Of a stretch of 20,000 nucleotides of DNA, positions 1 through 8,983 are shown in pieces. The stretch's first letter is position 1. Every line of letters begins with the position of its first letter. A model generated the notes under the pieces. That model saw nothing but the letters and a program-made list of their open reading frames with translations. It did not search any database and was not told where the DNA came from. The DNA comes from an uncultured virus (IMG/VR IMGVR_UViG_3300024239_000112) (lineage: Duplodnaviria > Heunggongvirae > Uroviricota > Caudoviricetes), in the IMG/VR virus record IMGVR_UViG_3300024239_000112, one strand, 5' to 3'. The position numbers were made by a program, and so were the translations under genes.

Positions 1-11
1 ACTTTAAACAT
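1..11 (-). CDS. 5' end of the next gene (MFKV...), running off the window edge; possibly a second fibre-associated protein
   Basis: On the minus strand GGAG-AAAACGACA-ATG TTT AAA GT; the ATG overlaps the end of the 97-aa ORF, matching the coupling pattern of the operon. Only 3-4 codons are visible. Confidence 0.35.
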
Positions 12-297
12 TGTCGTTTTCTCCGTAGCCGGTAGGCTCCCCTAGCGCCTCCGGGTCGATCACCCATGCGTCTCGCGTCACAGGGTCATAGGCGGCATTC
101 ATAGCCCCCCAGTCGACCTCCCAAAAGGGCACTCCGCGTTTCACCAGAGAGCGAGCGACCATGCCAAAAAGCTCCTCGTCAGTACCTTGGTAGGTCTTGA
201 ACACGCCGGCGCGCATGCCGGCCACGTCGATGTAGTGCTCGACGAACGGAGCCGTCGAGTTGTGGATGATGACGCGGGGTTTTACAGGATCGGTCAT
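4..297 (-). CDS. Putative tail fibre assembly/associated protein (97 aa)
   Basis: Starts 2 bp after the fibre stop. The segment RGVPFWEVD...RDAWVIDPEALGEPTGYG resembles, from recall, small proteins encoded directly after phage fibres (G.PF.IVD...RDAW..D....PDG.G). Confidence 0.6.
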   Translation of the reverse strand: MTDPVKPRVIIHNSTAPFVEHYIDVAGMRAGVFKTYQGTDEELFGMVARSLVKRGVPFWEVDWGAMNAAYDPVTRDAWVIDPEALGEPTGYGENDNV

Positions 298-299
298 TC

Positions 300-3200
300 T
301 CAGTTCCCCAGGATCACGTTGACATAGTTGCTGTCCGCGGCGGTTGCTGCGTTGTACGCATAAGTCGTCAGCTTCAAGTTGGTACCGTTACCGGCCTGCG
401 TCATAACGATCCGGTTACCGTTGGTCATGGCTACGGCGGGCTTGTTGTTTTCCACATCGCCAAACGCACCAGCGATCGCGTAGACACCCACGGCCTCCCG
501 GCTCACATTCAGGCCAGCCGTGTTGCGGAGCATCGTGATCGCCCCCGCACCGTTAAACGTGCAGGAGCCGCCGATCAGCCCGGTGTGCGAGTTGTTGGCC
601 TGTACCAACCAGCCGGCCCAAGCGGCGGCGCCCAGCTTACTTCTGGACCAGATGACGCCATTAGGGTCGTAGTGGATCTGGAACAGGTGGGTACCGTCGT
701 TGTAAGTCTTGATAATCCCGGCTTTAGCCTGGAAGAAGTTGAATGTGCCGGTAGTGTCCGCCGAAACCTGAGTCTCGACACCATTCGCCGTTAGGTTGTC
801 GATGTTTACGGCAGTTGGCCCGAGGGCAACGCTGCCGTAGGCAATTGCACCATCAGTCCAGATGCCGTTCGTGCCGATACCGCCTTGCAGCGCACCGGAC
901 TGATACACATACAGCCCCTCGCCAATCGCGGCATTCGCGCTGGTGTGGCTGCCGCGAATCCAGGAGAGGCCGAAGCTATTCGCAGGGTTATACGCTACGC
1001 CCTGCCCTGCCCCGTCATAGTTAGAACCCATGCCCCAAATATTCGCGCCCCAGTCCGCGCCTGAACCGTTGGAGTTGGCGTAACCCCCATGGATGCCCAT
1101 CGGCGCCTCAACCACTCCGGTCAAAGTCCCGCCGGCCAACGGCAGTTTTGTTGCATCGGCTACGGTGATGTTCGCGGTGCCGTTGAAGCTGACCCCGTTG
1201 ATGGTTCTGGCAGTCTGCAGGGCAGAGGCTGTTGCAGCGTTTCCAGAGCATGAAATCGCCCAAGTACCGGAGGCCCCGCCGCCTGTCTTGGTCGGCGCAC
1301 GGCTCGCAATCTCAGCCACCGCATAGGCTGTTGAGGCAATCTGTGTGGTATTGGTGCCAACTGGGGCGGTTACGCAGGTGGAGGCGCCTGTCAGGGCAAT
1401 TGAGTCGAAGTCGTTGATAGCGTCGTAGGCGCCGCTGGCCGTGCTGAACACCAGCTTACGCTTACCCTGGGCTACTGCCACTGCGGCGCCGTTCGGTCCG
1501 CAGCGCACAGAGACAGAGAACGCACCAGTTGTACCGTTACTGATCGAGTAGATCCGGTTTGCAGTAGTTGGCAGCTCCACCACGAGCGCTGAGGTAAGTG
1601 CGCCGGACAGCGCGATAACAGCATTCGCTGCCTCGTCCGAAGTCAGCACGCGGGTTCCGCCGGTCAGGCCAGCAAGGGCCAGCTGGCCGTTGACCACTGA
1701 CTGCACAAACGCTGTAGACGCGACCTGCGTGGTGCTTACCCCTGGGGACGCAGTTGGTACCGTCGGCGTGCCTGTTAGCGCTGGGGAAGTAAGCGGAGCT
1801 GCCCCCATCTCCGCCAAGGTCCAAGAGACGTTAGCGGACCCGTCGAAGGATTTGGCTGAGGCGCCCAGGGTTAGCGTGCGAGCAGACGCCAGCTTCGTAG
1901 CTGTGGCGATGTTTCCGCCCGCCTCCAGCTTGGAGTTCAGCTGCCCCTGAACCTTGCCGAACGCAGAGAGCACTGTGTCGGTGCTGGCCAGAGGCGCAGC
2001 GGTGCCTGCCAGGTACCCAGTCAGTACAGTAGACCGAACATTGTCCGCCAGGCCGTTGGCGGCGGCGGTGATCTGTGCCTGCAACTTACCCAGGCCGACC
2101 AGCAGACTGTCAGTAGCTACGACCGCCGAGCCGGTGGCAGTGCTGAGGCCGGTGAGTACAGCAGCCCGGACGGACGCTACCAGATCCTTCCAGGTCTTGT
2201 CGCCTGCCCAGAACTGCGAGGAGGTACCGGCAGCGATGCTCGGCTCCTTGGTAGAGTCAGCAACGGTGATGTTTGCAGTCCCGTCAAAGGCCACGCCGTT
2301 GATAGTGCGCGCCGTAACCAGCTTGGTCGCCGCCGCGGCAGTCCCTCCAACAGGCAGGGCGCCGATCTTAGCCGGAGTGACAGTGACCGTGCCGGTCTCT
2401 CCGTTTACCGAAGACACCGCCTCGGTGTTGTCGATTTTGTAGAACTGGTCGAGGTTCTTCGAGTAGACCAGGGTGTCACCAACCCCGTAGACCTCGCCAC
2501 CCGCCGTGCCGCCGACAGTCACCTTCCAGAAGGCTCCGTTACTGGGCTTCGCCGGGTACGAGCCGGAGGATAGGTCGATGCCGCCAAGCTCCACCAGGCT
2601 GCCTGTAAGGGACGCGGCGGCGCTATGGGCCTGGTCGCGGTATGTCTGCGCCATGGACGCGGAGGACGACGCTGCCGACTCGGCGGCCTGTGCCGCCTGC
2701 TTGGAGACCAGGGCAGCAGCCTCCGAAGTGGCCGCCGAGGCCGAGCTAGCCGCAGCCTTGGTTGCGTGGTGCTTCGCCGAATGCTTCCCGGCCTCCACTT
2801 GGACATCGACACCCTCTTCGGCCCATTTCTGTGCCTTGGCGGAACTAGCGGATGCCTCGGCGGCTTTGGTCGTGGCCGTGGCGGCACCTGTCGAGGCAGT
2901 AGAGGCGCTGCCAGCCGCCTCAGTGGCTTTGGTCGTGGCAGTGGCGGCACCTGTCGAGGCAGTAGAGGCGCTGCCAGCCGCCTCAGTGGCTTTGGTCGTG
3001 GCAGTGGCGGCACTCGATGCAGCGTTCGTCGCACTGGTCGAGGCTTCAGTGGCCTTGGTTGTGGCAGTGGTTGCGCTCGATGCAGCGTTCGTCGCACTGG
3101 TCGAGGCTTCAGTGGCCTTGGTTGTGGCAGTGGTTGCGCTAGCCGATGCCTTCGCAGCGTGGTGCTTGGCCGAGTATTTGCCCGCCTCTACTACAGTGTT

Positions 3201-3902
3201 CTCCGGCTCTTCCGCCCACTTCTGGGCCTTGACCTGTGAGTTGCTTGAGTTCGTCGCACTGGTCGAGGCTTCAGTGGCCTTGGTTGTGGCAGTGGTTGCG
3301 CTCGATGCAGCGCTGGAGGCGCTGTTGGCAGCTTCAGTGGCCTTGGTCGAAGCTGCAGCGGCACTGTTGCTTGCGTTCGTCGCACTGGTCGAGGCTTCAG
3401 TGGCCTTGGTTGTGGCAGTGGTTGCGCTCGATGCAGCGCTGGAGGCGCTGTTGGCAGCTTCAGTGGCCTTGGTCGTGGCAGTGGCTGCGCTCGCCGATGC
3501 CTTCGCAGCGTGGTGCTTGGCGGAGTATTTGCCCGCCTCTACTGCAGTGTTCTCCGGCTCTTCCGCCCACTTCTGGGATTTGGTGGCGGACGTGGCCGCA
3601 CCTGCCGCACTGGTGGCAGAGTCTGCAGCTTTGGTGACCGCAGTGGCTGCGCCGGTGGCCGCAGAGGCTGCGCTATTGACTGCTTCGGCCGCCTTCACCG
3701 TGGCCGTGGTTTGGCTCTCCGCTGCGCTGGTGGCGCTGGCTGCGGCGGCCGTCGCCGACTGGGCAGAGTCCTGGGCGAACTCCTCAGACAGCGTGATGTT
3801 GTGGTAGGTCTCAGTCTGCTGGACTCGAGTGATCAGATTCTCTACCCGCCCGGTGAGCTCGGAGACAGCGGCGTCGAACTGGGGGTAATTATTCGCAGAC
3901 AT
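300..3902 (-). CDS. Side/long tail fibre protein (1200 aa), modular
   Basis: Ala/Thr/Ser coiled-coil repeats as in lambda Stf; three ARTINGVxFxGTANITV-like fibre motifs; APLTSPALTGTPTVPTA...TTQVASTAFV (Phage_fiber_2-like); knob-like segment LFQIHYDPNGVIWSRSK...WAGW; SD-like GGAAGG upstream of the ATG. Confidence 0.93.
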   Translation of the reverse strand: MSANNYPQFDAAVSELTGRVENLITRVQQTETYHNITLSEEFAQDSAQSATAAAASATSAAESQTTATVKAAEAVNSAASAATGAATAVTKAADSATSAAGAATSATKSQKWAEEPENTAVEAGKYSAKHHAAKASASAATATTKATEAANSASSAASSATTATTKATEASTSATNASNSAAAASTKATEAANSASSAASSATTATTKATEASTSATNSSNSQVKAQKWAEEPENTVVEAGKYSAKHHAAKASASATTATTKATEASTSATNAASSATTATTKATEASTSATNAASSAATATTKATEAAGSASTASTGAATATTKATEAAGSASTASTGAATATTKAAEASASSAKAQKWAEEGVDVQVEAGKHSAKHHATKAAASSASAATSEAAALVSKQAAQAAESAASSSASMAQTYRDQAHSAAASLTGSLVELGGIDLSSGSYPAKPSNGAFWKVTVGGTAGGEVYGVGDTLVYSKNLDQFYKIDNTEAVSSVNGETGTVTVTPAKIGALPVGGTAAAATKLVTARTINGVAFDGTANITVADSTKEPSIAAGTSSQFWAGDKTWKDLVASVRAAVLTGLSTATGSAVVATDSLLVGLGKLQAQITAAANGLADNVRSTVLTGYLAGTAAPLASTDTVLSAFGKVQGQLNSKLEAGGNIATATKLASARTLTLGASAKSFDGSANVSWTLAEMGAAPLTSPALTGTPTVPTASPGVSTTQVASTAFVQSVVNGQLALAGLTGGTRVLTSDEAANAVIALSGALTSALVVELPTTANRIYSISNGTTGAFSVSVRCGPNGAAVAVAQGKRKLVFSTASGAYDAINDFDSIALTGASTCVTAPVGTNTTQIASTAYAVAEIASRAPTKTGGGASGTWAISCSGNAATASALQTARTINGVSFNGTANITVADATKLPLAGGTLTGVVEAPMGIHGGYANSNGSGADWGANIWGMGSNYDGAGQGVAYNPANSFGLSWIRGSHTSANAAIGEGLYVYQSGALQGGIGTNGIWTDGAIAYGSVALGPTAVNIDNLTANGVETQVSADTTGTFNFFQAKAGIIKTYNDGTHLFQIHYDPNGVIWSRSKLGAAAWAGWLVQANNSHTGLIGGSCTFNGAGAITMLRNTAGLNVSREAVGVYAIAGAFGDVENNKPAVAMTNGNRIVMTQAGNGTNLKLTTYAYNAATAADSNYVNVILGN
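2755..3600 (-). repeat. Intragenic repeat array in the fibre N-terminus: 63-bp (21-aa) units, a 126-bp-spaced duplication, and three KWAE(E)..VEAGK(Y/H)SAKHHA modules
   Basis: Near-identical 63-bp units at about 2870-3135; a near-identical block at about 3250 and 3376 (126 bp apart); gccgatgccttcgcagcgtggtgcttggc at 3142 and 3493 (351 bp apart); a diverged third module at about 2755-2840. Confidence 0.92.
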
Positions 3903-3926
3903 TTGGCCTTCCCATGTTTATGGCTA

Positions 3927-3949
3927 GTATCATACCTGTAAATACAGGT
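3927..3949 (-). promoter_or_regulatory. Palindromic motif ACCTGTA-AA-TACAGGT followed on the minus strand by ATGATAC, upstream of the fibre gene; candidate promoter/operator
   Basis: 7-bp inverted repeat at 3934-3949. Minus strand reads CTGTATTTACAGGTATGATAC, matching the 17704-17724 site at 18 of 21 positions. Confidence 0.6.
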
Positions 3950-4689
3950 CAGTAAATAAGCACGCCCGCATACGCCGCCGGAGTCGACAGTGCTGAGGGG
4001 TTCGCGGAGTTCGAGTAGGTGTCCATTGTCAGCCGCAGCGACATGGATCCTCCGGTTGGCGGGCCGTACCCATACGCGCAGTAGGCCACTGGCGTCTGGC
4101 CCTCGACCCCGTTCGGGTATACAAGGTCAGCGAACCGCAGGGTGTCCACCACCAGGTATCCGCCCGGTGCGGGGTTGGCTGAGGTGTACCAGCTGACCCG
4201 AAACCCTGTGTACGGCAGCGACGTAGAAGACAGGCTCCAAGTGGACGGGTTGTGAATCGCGGCGATCTTCAGGATGGGGGCGCCGGAGTCGAAGCTGATC
4301 CGACCGTCCGCCGTGCGGACTCGTAGCCCCCACCCGGCAGTGCTCTTCATGCCGGTGGCGAACACCTTGTAGGTCACCTGCACAGAGCTTCTGGCCTGGC
4401 CACTGACGGTGTAGTTGAAGCGCAGCTGGAACCCGGTCCAGTTGCCGGAACTGCCGATGTACGTGATGCCTCGGACGATGACGTCAGTCAGCGGCCAGGT
4501 GATGGCCACTATCGGCGGCTCCACAGACGTGATAACGCGGCTGAACGTCAGCACAGACGTGGGCCAGGCGCTGCCGCTGGTGAACACCGCAGCGGTGTAC
4601 GTCCCCCCCTGAATCAGGGAGTAGTTCAGGAACACGTCGTCGATAGCAATTTCGCCCGCAGGGTTGCGGACCTTGAATCCCATGGTCAT
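3949..4689 (-). CDS. Tail tip accessory protein (246 aa, beta-rich)
   Basis: ATGA overlap with the upstream gene; two copies of a G(F/L)xVRxxxGxIxxD motif (GFKVRNPAGEIAID, GLRVRTADGRISFDS) typical of proteins encoded after J-like genes. Confidence 0.7.
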   Translation of the reverse strand: MTMGFKVRNPAGEIAIDDVFLNYSLIQGGTYTAAVFTSGSAWPTSVLTFSRVITSVEPPIVAITWPLTDVIVRGITYIGSSGNWTGFQLRFNYTVSGQARSSVQVTYKVFATGMKSTAGWGLRVRTADGRISFDSGAPILKIAAIHNPSTWSLSSTSLPYTGFRVSWYTSANPAPGGYLVVDTLRFADLVYPNGVEGQTPVAYCAYGYGPPTGGSMSLRLTMDTYSNSANPSALSTPAAYAGVLIY

Positions 4690-4982
4690 GCGATAGCCGC
4701 TACCCTGATCGTGCCGCTGGCATGAAAGTCAGGGCTGGTTGCGTAGGGGCGCCAGGACAGCCGGCCGCTGGCATTCAGGGTCACTACGTGCGGAACCTTG
4801 TCCGGGTCGGTCGGGGCGTAGAACCACACCGCGTTCAAATGGTTGTAGCCGGCCGGCAGCTGGTAGCTGCCAGACTGCCCTTTGACCGCCTGCACGCTGG
4901 CGATGAAGCGCAGGAACCTCCCGTCGATGGTCAGCTGTTGGCTGCCGTCTGACCCGTAGTAGATCCTCAGTCCATAGGCCAT
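4686..4982 (-). CDS. Small tail tip accessory protein (98 aa)
   Basis: TGATG overlap with the J stop; N-terminus MAYGLRIYYGSDG carries the same GLxI/V motif as its neighbour. Confidence 0.7.
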   Translation of the reverse strand: MAYGLRIYYGSDGSQQLTIDGRFLRFIASVQAVKGQSGSYQLPAGYNHLNAVWFYAPTDPDKVPHVVTLNASGRLSWRPYATSPDFHASGTIRVAAIA

Positions 4983-7900
4983 CAGCTAAGCAACCCCATC
5001 TCAACCCGCAGCACGCCGTTGGAGTCGTACACCCGGGTGCCATTGCTGTCCCGCACGGTTCTCCCCTGCCCCGCCACCTCACCGTTCATCTCGAAGCTGC
5101 CTGCCTTGGTAAGCCGCCAACCTGTCTGCCCGGCTACGAAGTTGCTGGACGTGATCTCGCTGCCGATTTTTGCCGAAGTGATCGCAGCATCGGCGATCTT
5201 GGCTGAGGTGATTGAGGCAGCGCGGATCATGGCGTCCTGGATGACCGTCTGGCCGTCTACGACGGCGAATGCCAGGGTGTAAGTGCCTCCTGACGGGTTG
5301 TAGACGTAGAACCTGTCGGCCACAGCCCCGATCTCGGACACATTGCCGTCCACGGAGATCCCAAACACTGCCTTCTTGCCGTTGACCGTGGCGGTCGTCA
5401 CCGCACGGGCAACCGCACCATCGGTGTAGGAGGTCTGGGCGGTGAACTGCTGCTGGACGGAGGCGAACTGGTTTCCGGTGTTGCTGGTCAGCGTGTCGAT
5501 CCGGGTGGACAGCGCACTGTCACCGTTGGCCCTGGCAGTCTGCTCGCTGGTGATCGCGGCAGCGTTGGCCGTGGCCGCTGCAGCTGCGTCTGTAGCCACC
5601 TTGTCGGTAACGGCCACCCAGGCAGTGCCGTTCCAGCGCTTCGGCGTGTTGGCGCCGCCTGTGGTGTCAATCCAAAGGTTCTGTGGCAGCCGATCTGCGG
5701 CAGACGGGGCAGCAGACTGGAAGAGGATCTTCCCGCGCCCGTCAGCCGTGGTCTGGGCGGATGCAGCGGAGGCTGTCACCGTGTCAATGCGGCTGGCCAG
5801 CGCGGCTTCGGAAGTGGCCCTGGCCTCTTGCTCTGCAGTGATCCTGGCGTTGATGTCCTCGCCCACGGACGCTTCAAGCGTGGTGATACGGGAAGCCAGG
5901 GCGCCGTCGGCGGCGGCGCGGGCCACCTCCTCGGTAGTGATTCGGGCGCTGATGTCCTCGCCGATCTCAGCCTCCAGGGTGTCGATCCGGGTGGCCAGCG
6001 CCCTGTCAGCGGTGGCTCTGGCCGTCTCCTCTGTGGTCACGCGCGCCGCGATGTCATCGCCGACGGAAGCCTGCAAGGTGTCGATCCGGGTAGCCAGGGC
6101 GCTGTCGGCAGTGGCCAGGGCGGTGAGCCGCTCCTCAACCAGAGCCGCGTTCTCGCCAACAGAGGCTTCTACCGTGGTGATGCGGCTGGACAGCGCCAGG
6201 TCCTGTTCGGCACGGGTTGCCTCTTCCACTGCCACCATGGCGGTAGAGCCGGAGTTAAGGGCGAGCACGGCGGCGTGCCGGATGGCCTCCAGCTCGCTAC
6301 TCCACTCAAGGGCGGTTACTCCCGCCTCCACGGCGCCCATGCGACCAACCAGGGCTTCTGCTGCTTCCCGTGCGTCAGTGGCCTCCGTGACGGCCTGGCC
6401 GGCTTCGGCGAGCGCCTGGCTGGCCTCGGCACGGGCCAGACTCAGCTCTTCGCCTACGGCCTCCACACCCACCTGGCCGGCTTCGCTCACCATCTGCTCG
6501 AATAGGCCACCAGGCTTGCGAATGTCCGTGTCCAGCGCGGACAGGATGTCGTCGAACTCAGCGGTGGTAGTCGCCTGCGCCGGGACCCACGCAGAGAGTC
6601 CGTAGGCATTGGCGCCCCGGACGTAGTAGTAGTAGGTGGTGTTGGCCCGCAGGCCGGCGTCGACCAGGTCGGTGGACACGCTCAGGCGCTGGGCGTTGTC
6701 CTCGATCAGGTCGTCGGTCAGTGGCGCCGCCGATCGCCAGAACTCGTACATGGCTCCGGGGTAGATGCTGCGCGGGCGCAGGGCAACGCTGAAGGTCGAC
6801 ACGCTAACGTCGATGCTGTCCGGCGGCGTTGGAAGCAGGAGGCCGGCAATGTTGACGACGCGGGACACCCAGGCGGAGCCGATACCCAGTGCGGTGACAG
6901 AACGCAGGCGCAGCATCCACTCCCCGCCAGAGGCATCGAGGATGTCCGTGGAAATACCCGCGCCGGTGTACACCGTGCGGAATGTTGGGTCTGTCGGCCC
7001 CTGGACATCCAGGACGTAGGTCTCCACCCGAGGGTCACTGCTCGGGGTCCAGCTCACGAGCAGCCCCTGGTGCTCGGTCCCGCCCGCCAGGTACTTGTAC
7101 GCCTCGACGGTGATGTCCATGGGCGGGGCCACAGGTCCCCTCGGGAGTAGGCTGTTGCTGGGCTCAGCCAGCTGCAGGTCCAGTTCCACGCGGGCGTACT
7201 TGTTCGGGTCGTGCTCGGTGGCGGTAACCTTGTAGGTGGCGTCGGCGTTCTCAGTTACCGACACCACCCTATACAGGGGCGGCTCCACAGCGGCAGACGA
7301 GAGGATCCACAGGGCTCCTGGGATCGGCGTGGTGCTCAGCGGCTGGACCAGCTCAACCTGGTTGCCGGCGAACATGCGAATCTCTCGGCGCTCGATGTTT
7401 CCGGCGGGCATCATCACGCTGAGATACCAGGCAAGACCCGAAGCCTCCGCTGGAACCTTGTCGAGGGTGACGAACGTCGTACCGGTCTCCACTACCCGCC
7501 CGCTCAAGCGCGCCCCGGCGCGGTCTGGGTCAGACAGCTGGATCAGGTCACCAGGGCGCAAGTCGGCGTGGTCGATGGCCGCCGAGTAGCTGACGGTCTC
7601 GGTCTCCATACGCTCGGAGTACAGGATCCACTTGCCCAGACGGTGGGCCTGTCCACGAGAAGAACAGGCGACGGCTGTGACCTGGGTCTCTCGCCAGCCG
7701 AACAGGTCGACGCTGTCAGGGTCCTCTACGATCTCGGGCTTGGCCTTGAAAGAATCCTCGGGGTCGTTCCACATGACAATGGCGACCGAGTGCCGTTCCT
7801 TCAGGGAGGTACCGGAATACTCGAACTCGCCGTTCACCACGTTGGCCGGCGCCACCAGCTTCTTCGGGTCAGCCGGCATATCAGCGACAGCTACGACTGT

Positions 7901-8983
7901 GTTGGTTCCCCAGTAGGTCATCCCGCGGAAGACAGACGCCAGGGTGCTGAGCACCGTGATCGCCTCCTGCCGGTCGTTCAGCAGGGTGTTCAGCGTGAAC
8001 CGGGGCTCCATGCCGCCGTAGCCGTCCGGAACCAGCTCGTCACAGTATCTGGCGATCTGGTAGAGGCCCCACTTGTCTACGTTCTCCAGGCCGGCGCCGA
8101 TCACCGGATGGGTGGCCAGGTCGTAGTAGGCCCAGGCCGGGTTGTCGGTCCAGGCCATCTTGAACGTGCCGTCCCAGATGCCGGCGTACTCTCTGGTCTC
8201 CGGGTTGTAGTTGCTCGGCACCTTGATGATGCTGAGCTTCATGTCGTAGGCGCGGGACGGCATCTTGTTGCCGAACAGCCGGGCGTCCAGCTCGATCCCG
8301 ACCAGGGCGGAGTCTGGGTAGCTCAGGCGAGCGTCCACCACCTCGGTCATCGTCAGCCAGCTGAACGCGCTCTGGGTGTTGGACTGGGCATCGTCTGCGG
8401 AGAGCCGGCGCACTCGAATGTCCCAGGGGCCTTCGGTATCGAAGTTGATTCGGTAGGAACGCTGGTAGGGGCTGGTGGTCTTGCCCGAGATGTGGTCTAT
8501 GACCCTCGGCGCCCACTCGCCTCCGGCCCGCTTGGCGTCAATGGCGACCGAAACCGTGTGCCCCTTGAGGTCACCAGTCTTGACAACCTGCTTAGTCAGG
8601 GCGGCCAGTTGGATCGTCACGACCACGGCGTCGGCATCGGTGTTGGACACACTACGGACGATCGGGGTATCGAACTTGACCTGGGCACTCACCTCAATCG
8701 GGTTTTCAACGGCGCGGAACCCCGGTACCACATCCTGGTCTGGATACCCTTCTCGGGTAGCTACCACCGCCCCGGCGAAGTTCATGCTGCCGTCGGGGTT
8801 CTGCATCGGGGTGCCGTCGAGAATCACCGAGCGCAGGCCGTTCGCCAGGCCAACGATGGGGCCGTGAGCAATTAGGTCGAGAATCCGCCCCTTAGACACG
8901 CTCCGCAGGGTGTTCGGCGCTTCCACCGGAACCCGCTGCTCGGCCTTGTCCTCGCCGCCCTTGGCACCACGAATGTCGATCAA
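4982..8983 (-). CDS. J: Central tail fibre / host specificity protein J (1333 aa)
   Basis: J-family motifs VPSNYNPETREYAGIWDGTFKMAWTDNPAW, YCDELVPDGYGGMEPRF and ACSSRGQAHRLGKW; FN3-like region; coiled coil; C-terminal ADRF...GWRLTKAG (DUF1983-like). TTG start overlaps the I stop (TTGA), with GAGGAG upstream. Confidence 0.95.
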   Translation of the reverse strand: MIDIRGAKGGEDKAEQRVPVEAPNTLRSVSKGRILDLIAHGPIVGLANGLRSVILDGTPMQNPDGSMNFAGAVVATREGYPDQDVVPGFRAVENPIEVSAQVKFDTPIVRSVSNTDADAVVVTIQLAALTKQVVKTGDLKGHTVSVAIDAKRAGGEWAPRVIDHISGKTTSPYQRSYRINFDTEGPWDIRVRRLSADDAQSNTQSAFSWLTMTEVVDARLSYPDSALVGIELDARLFGNKMPSRAYDMKLSIIKVPSNYNPETREYAGIWDGTFKMAWTDNPAWAYYDLATHPVIGAGLENVDKWGLYQIARYCDELVPDGYGGMEPRFTLNTLLNDRQEAITVLSTLASVFRGMTYWGTNTVVAVADMPADPKKLVAPANVVNGEFEYSGTSLKERHSVAIVMWNDPEDSFKAKPEIVEDPDSVDLFGWRETQVTAVACSSRGQAHRLGKWILYSERMETETVSYSAAIDHADLRPGDLIQLSDPDRAGARLSGRVVETGTTFVTLDKVPAEASGLAWYLSVMMPAGNIERREIRMFAGNQVELVQPLSTTPIPGALWILSSAAVEPPLYRVVSVTENADATYKVTATEHDPNKYARVELDLQLAEPSNSLLPRGPVAPPMDITVEAYKYLAGGTEHQGLLVSWTPSSDPRVETYVLDVQGPTDPTFRTVYTGAGISTDILDASGGEWMLRLRSVTALGIGSAWVSRVVNIAGLLLPTPPDSIDVSVSTFSVALRPRSIYPGAMYEFWRSAAPLTDDLIEDNAQRLSVSTDLVDAGLRANTTYYYYVRGANAYGLSAWVPAQATTTAEFDDILSALDTDIRKPGGLFEQMVSEAGQVGVEAVGEELSLARAEASQALAEAGQAVTEATDAREAAEALVGRMGAVEAGVTALEWSSELEAIRHAAVLALNSGSTAMVAVEEATRAEQDLALSSRITTVEASVGENAALVEERLTALATADSALATRIDTLQASVGDDIAARVTTEETARATADRALATRIDTLEAEIGEDISARITTEEVARAAADGALASRITTLEASVGEDINARITAEQEARATSEAALASRIDTVTASAASAQTTADGRGKILFQSAAPSAADRLPQNLWIDTTGGANTPKRWNGTAWVAVTDKVATDAAAAATANAAAITSEQTARANGDSALSTRIDTLTSNTGNQFASVQQQFTAQTSYTDGAVARAVTTATVNGKKAVFGISVDGNVSEIGAVADRFYVYNPSGGTYTLAFAVVDGQTVIQDAMIRAASITSAKIADAAITSAKIGSEITSSNFVAGQTGWRLTKAGSFEMNGEVAGQGRTVRDSNGTRVYDSNGVLRVEMGLLS
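5770..6230 (-). repeat. About five 33-aa (99-bp) coiled-coil repeats in J
   Basis: EETARATADRALATRIDTLEAEIGEDISARITT-type units; gtcgatccggg at 5981 and 6080. Confidence 0.85.

Noticed and set aside
280..288. TTTTACAGG resembling the intergenic motif
   Set aside because: Lies inside coding sequence (DPVKP), is only a partial match and lacks the palindrome and TGATAC.
300..1150. Invertible tail fibre (shufflon-like) system
   Set aside because: No invertase, inverted crossover sites or opposite-strand alternative fibre ends are seen in this window; sequence beyond the left edge cannot be assessed.
2755..3600. CRISPR array or DGR template/variable repeat
   Set aside because: Repeats are in-frame coding units without unique spacers, lie in the N-terminal stalk rather than the C-terminus, show no evident adenine-specific pattern, and no cas or reverse transcriptase gene is in the window.
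3934..3949. LexA/SOS box interpretation of the CTGT...ACAG palindromes
   Set aside because: Spacing is CTGT-N4-ACAG (or N12 at 17713-17731), not the CTGT-N8-ACAG of the gammaproteobacterial LexA box.
7211..8875. Long plus-strand ORFs (554 aa here; also 2506..3807, 5442..6605, 12539..13939, 13797..14837, 17782..18831)
   Set aside because: They are antisense shadows of well-supported minus-strand genes, expected from high-GC codon bias and repeats; no recognisable protein motifs.
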